From an uncultured Chloroflexia bacterium (GTDB lineage: Bacteria; Chloroflexota; Limnocylindria; Limnocylindrales; CSP1-4): DNA of 64,000 nucleotides. Shown here one piece after another: positions 62,949 through 64,000 of this stretch. A program made the position numbers and the translations under genes. Position 1 is the first letter of the stretch; the number at the start of each line of letters is the position of its first letter. The notes below the pieces were generated by a model. That model was given only the letters and a program-made list of their open reading frames with translations. It ran no database searches and was not told where the DNA came from. The stretch covers positions 64,001-128,000 of the forward strand of contig CAVVNQ010000018.1 in the NCBI GenBank assembly GCA_963749705.1, in the 5' to 3' direction.

Positions 62949-63998
62949 GTGGACGCACGTCCGTATCGATCGAGCCCAGCCCGCGCCGCGCGGGTGATCC
63001 CTGTCCTGCTGCTGATCCTCGTGACGGCCCTGGCCGCGTGCGCCGGGCCCGCCGCGACGGCCTCGCCCGCCCCCGGCACGCCCGCGCAATCCGCCGCGCC
63101 GACGCCACCCCCGACCAGCGCCCCCGCCTTTCCCGCGGCCATCACCGACGACGAGGGCACGACGGTCACGATCCCGGCCGAGCCCCGGCGCATCGTCGCG
63201 CTGACCCCGGCCGCCACAGAGACGCTGTTCGCGCTCGGCGTGGGTGACCGGATCGTGGGCAAGGCCGAGGACGTCCTGCTGTATCCGCCCGAGGCGGCCG
63301 CCGTCCCGGACGTCGAGAAGTTCGACGGCAGCGCCGTCACCGTCGACATCGAGAAGATCGTCGCCGCGAAGGCGGACCTCGTGATCGCGGGCGGCAACTT
63401 CGGGACGCCACCGGACGCCGTCCAGCGGCTGCGCGAGCTGGGCCTGCCCGTCGTGGTCGTGTATGCGCCATCGGTTGCGACGGTCCTCGACGACATCGAG
63501 CTGCTGGGGAGGGCCGTTGGGCGGTCGGACGAGGCTGCCGCGATCACGCAGCGGATGAGCGACGCGTTCTCTTCGGTCGAGACCGCCGTCGCCGGGGAGA
63601 CGCGACCTCGGGTGTACTACGAGATCGACGCCACCGGCGCGTACTACGGCCCGGCCGACGATTCGTTCCTGGCCGAGATGATCTCGATGGCCGGTGGCGA
63701 CCCGATCACGACCGGGTCCCCGGACAAGTTCGACATCTCCGGCGAGCGCCTGCTCCAGACGGACCCCGAGGTCATCCTGCTGGCCGATGCCGCATACGGC
63801 GTGACCGCCGCGGACGTGGCGGGGCGACCCGGCTGGTCGACGATGACGGCGGTCAAGGCCGGCGACATCCGGCCCATCGATGACTCCACGATCACGCGGC
63901 CGGGACCACGCCTGTTCCTGGGCCTCGCGCTGCTCGCCTCGACGATCCATCCGGACGCGGCGATCCCGTCCATGGCCCCGGTGCCCCCGGTCCCGTGA
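62949..63998 (+). CDS. btuF: Cobalamin ABC transporter substrate-binding lipoprotein
   Basis: LAAC lipobox, RIVALTPAATETLFALG, EKIVAAKADLV, RPGPR; preceded by the riboswitch. Confidence 0.88.
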   Translation: MDARPYRSSPARAARVIPVLLLILVTALAACAGPAATASPAPGTPAQSAAPTPPPTSAPAFPAAITDDEGTTVTIPAEPRRIVALTPAATETLFALGVGDRIVGKAEDVLLYPPEAAAVPDVEKFDGSAVTVDIEKIVAAKADLVIAGGNFGTPPDAVQRLRELGLPVVVVYAPSVATVLDDIELLGRAVGRSDEAAAITQRMSDAFSSVETAVAGETRPRVYYEIDATGAYYGPADDSFLAEMISMAGGDPITTGSPDKFDISGERLLQTDPEVILLADAAYGVTAADVAGRPGWSTMTAVKAGDIRPIDDSTITRPGPRLFLGLALLASTIHPDAAIPSMAPVPPVP

Positions 63999-64000
63999 CG

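Overview
High-GC bacterial chromosome segment; gene content and order suggest Chloroflexota (inference). Core blocks: dnaJ-prmA-mtaB-HIT ... rpsU-yqeY-pgpH-ybeY-pth-mfd; apt-(mtnA-like)-GNAT-ahcY-S9 peptidase-metK; potABCD; manC-PMM; cobalamin riboswitch-btuF. Accessory patches: a stand-alone TIR-domain gene, an ECF sigma/zinc anti-sigma module with two back-to-back matching promoters, a tRNA-Arg(CCG) gene lacking its 3' half followed by a lipoprotein and a 1051-aa cutinase-vWA-PKD-FN3-repeat protein, and a three-gene secreted metzincin operon. The strongest candidate for something undescribed is an MtnA/eIF2B-fold protein that has lost most phosphate-binding and catalytic residues and is translationally coupled to a GNAT acetyltransferase inside the SAM-cycle cluster. 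Three apparent single-base frameshifts may be assembly errors. No CRISPR array, rRNA, integrase or transposase was recognised. All calls come from reading motifs by eye; no searches were run.
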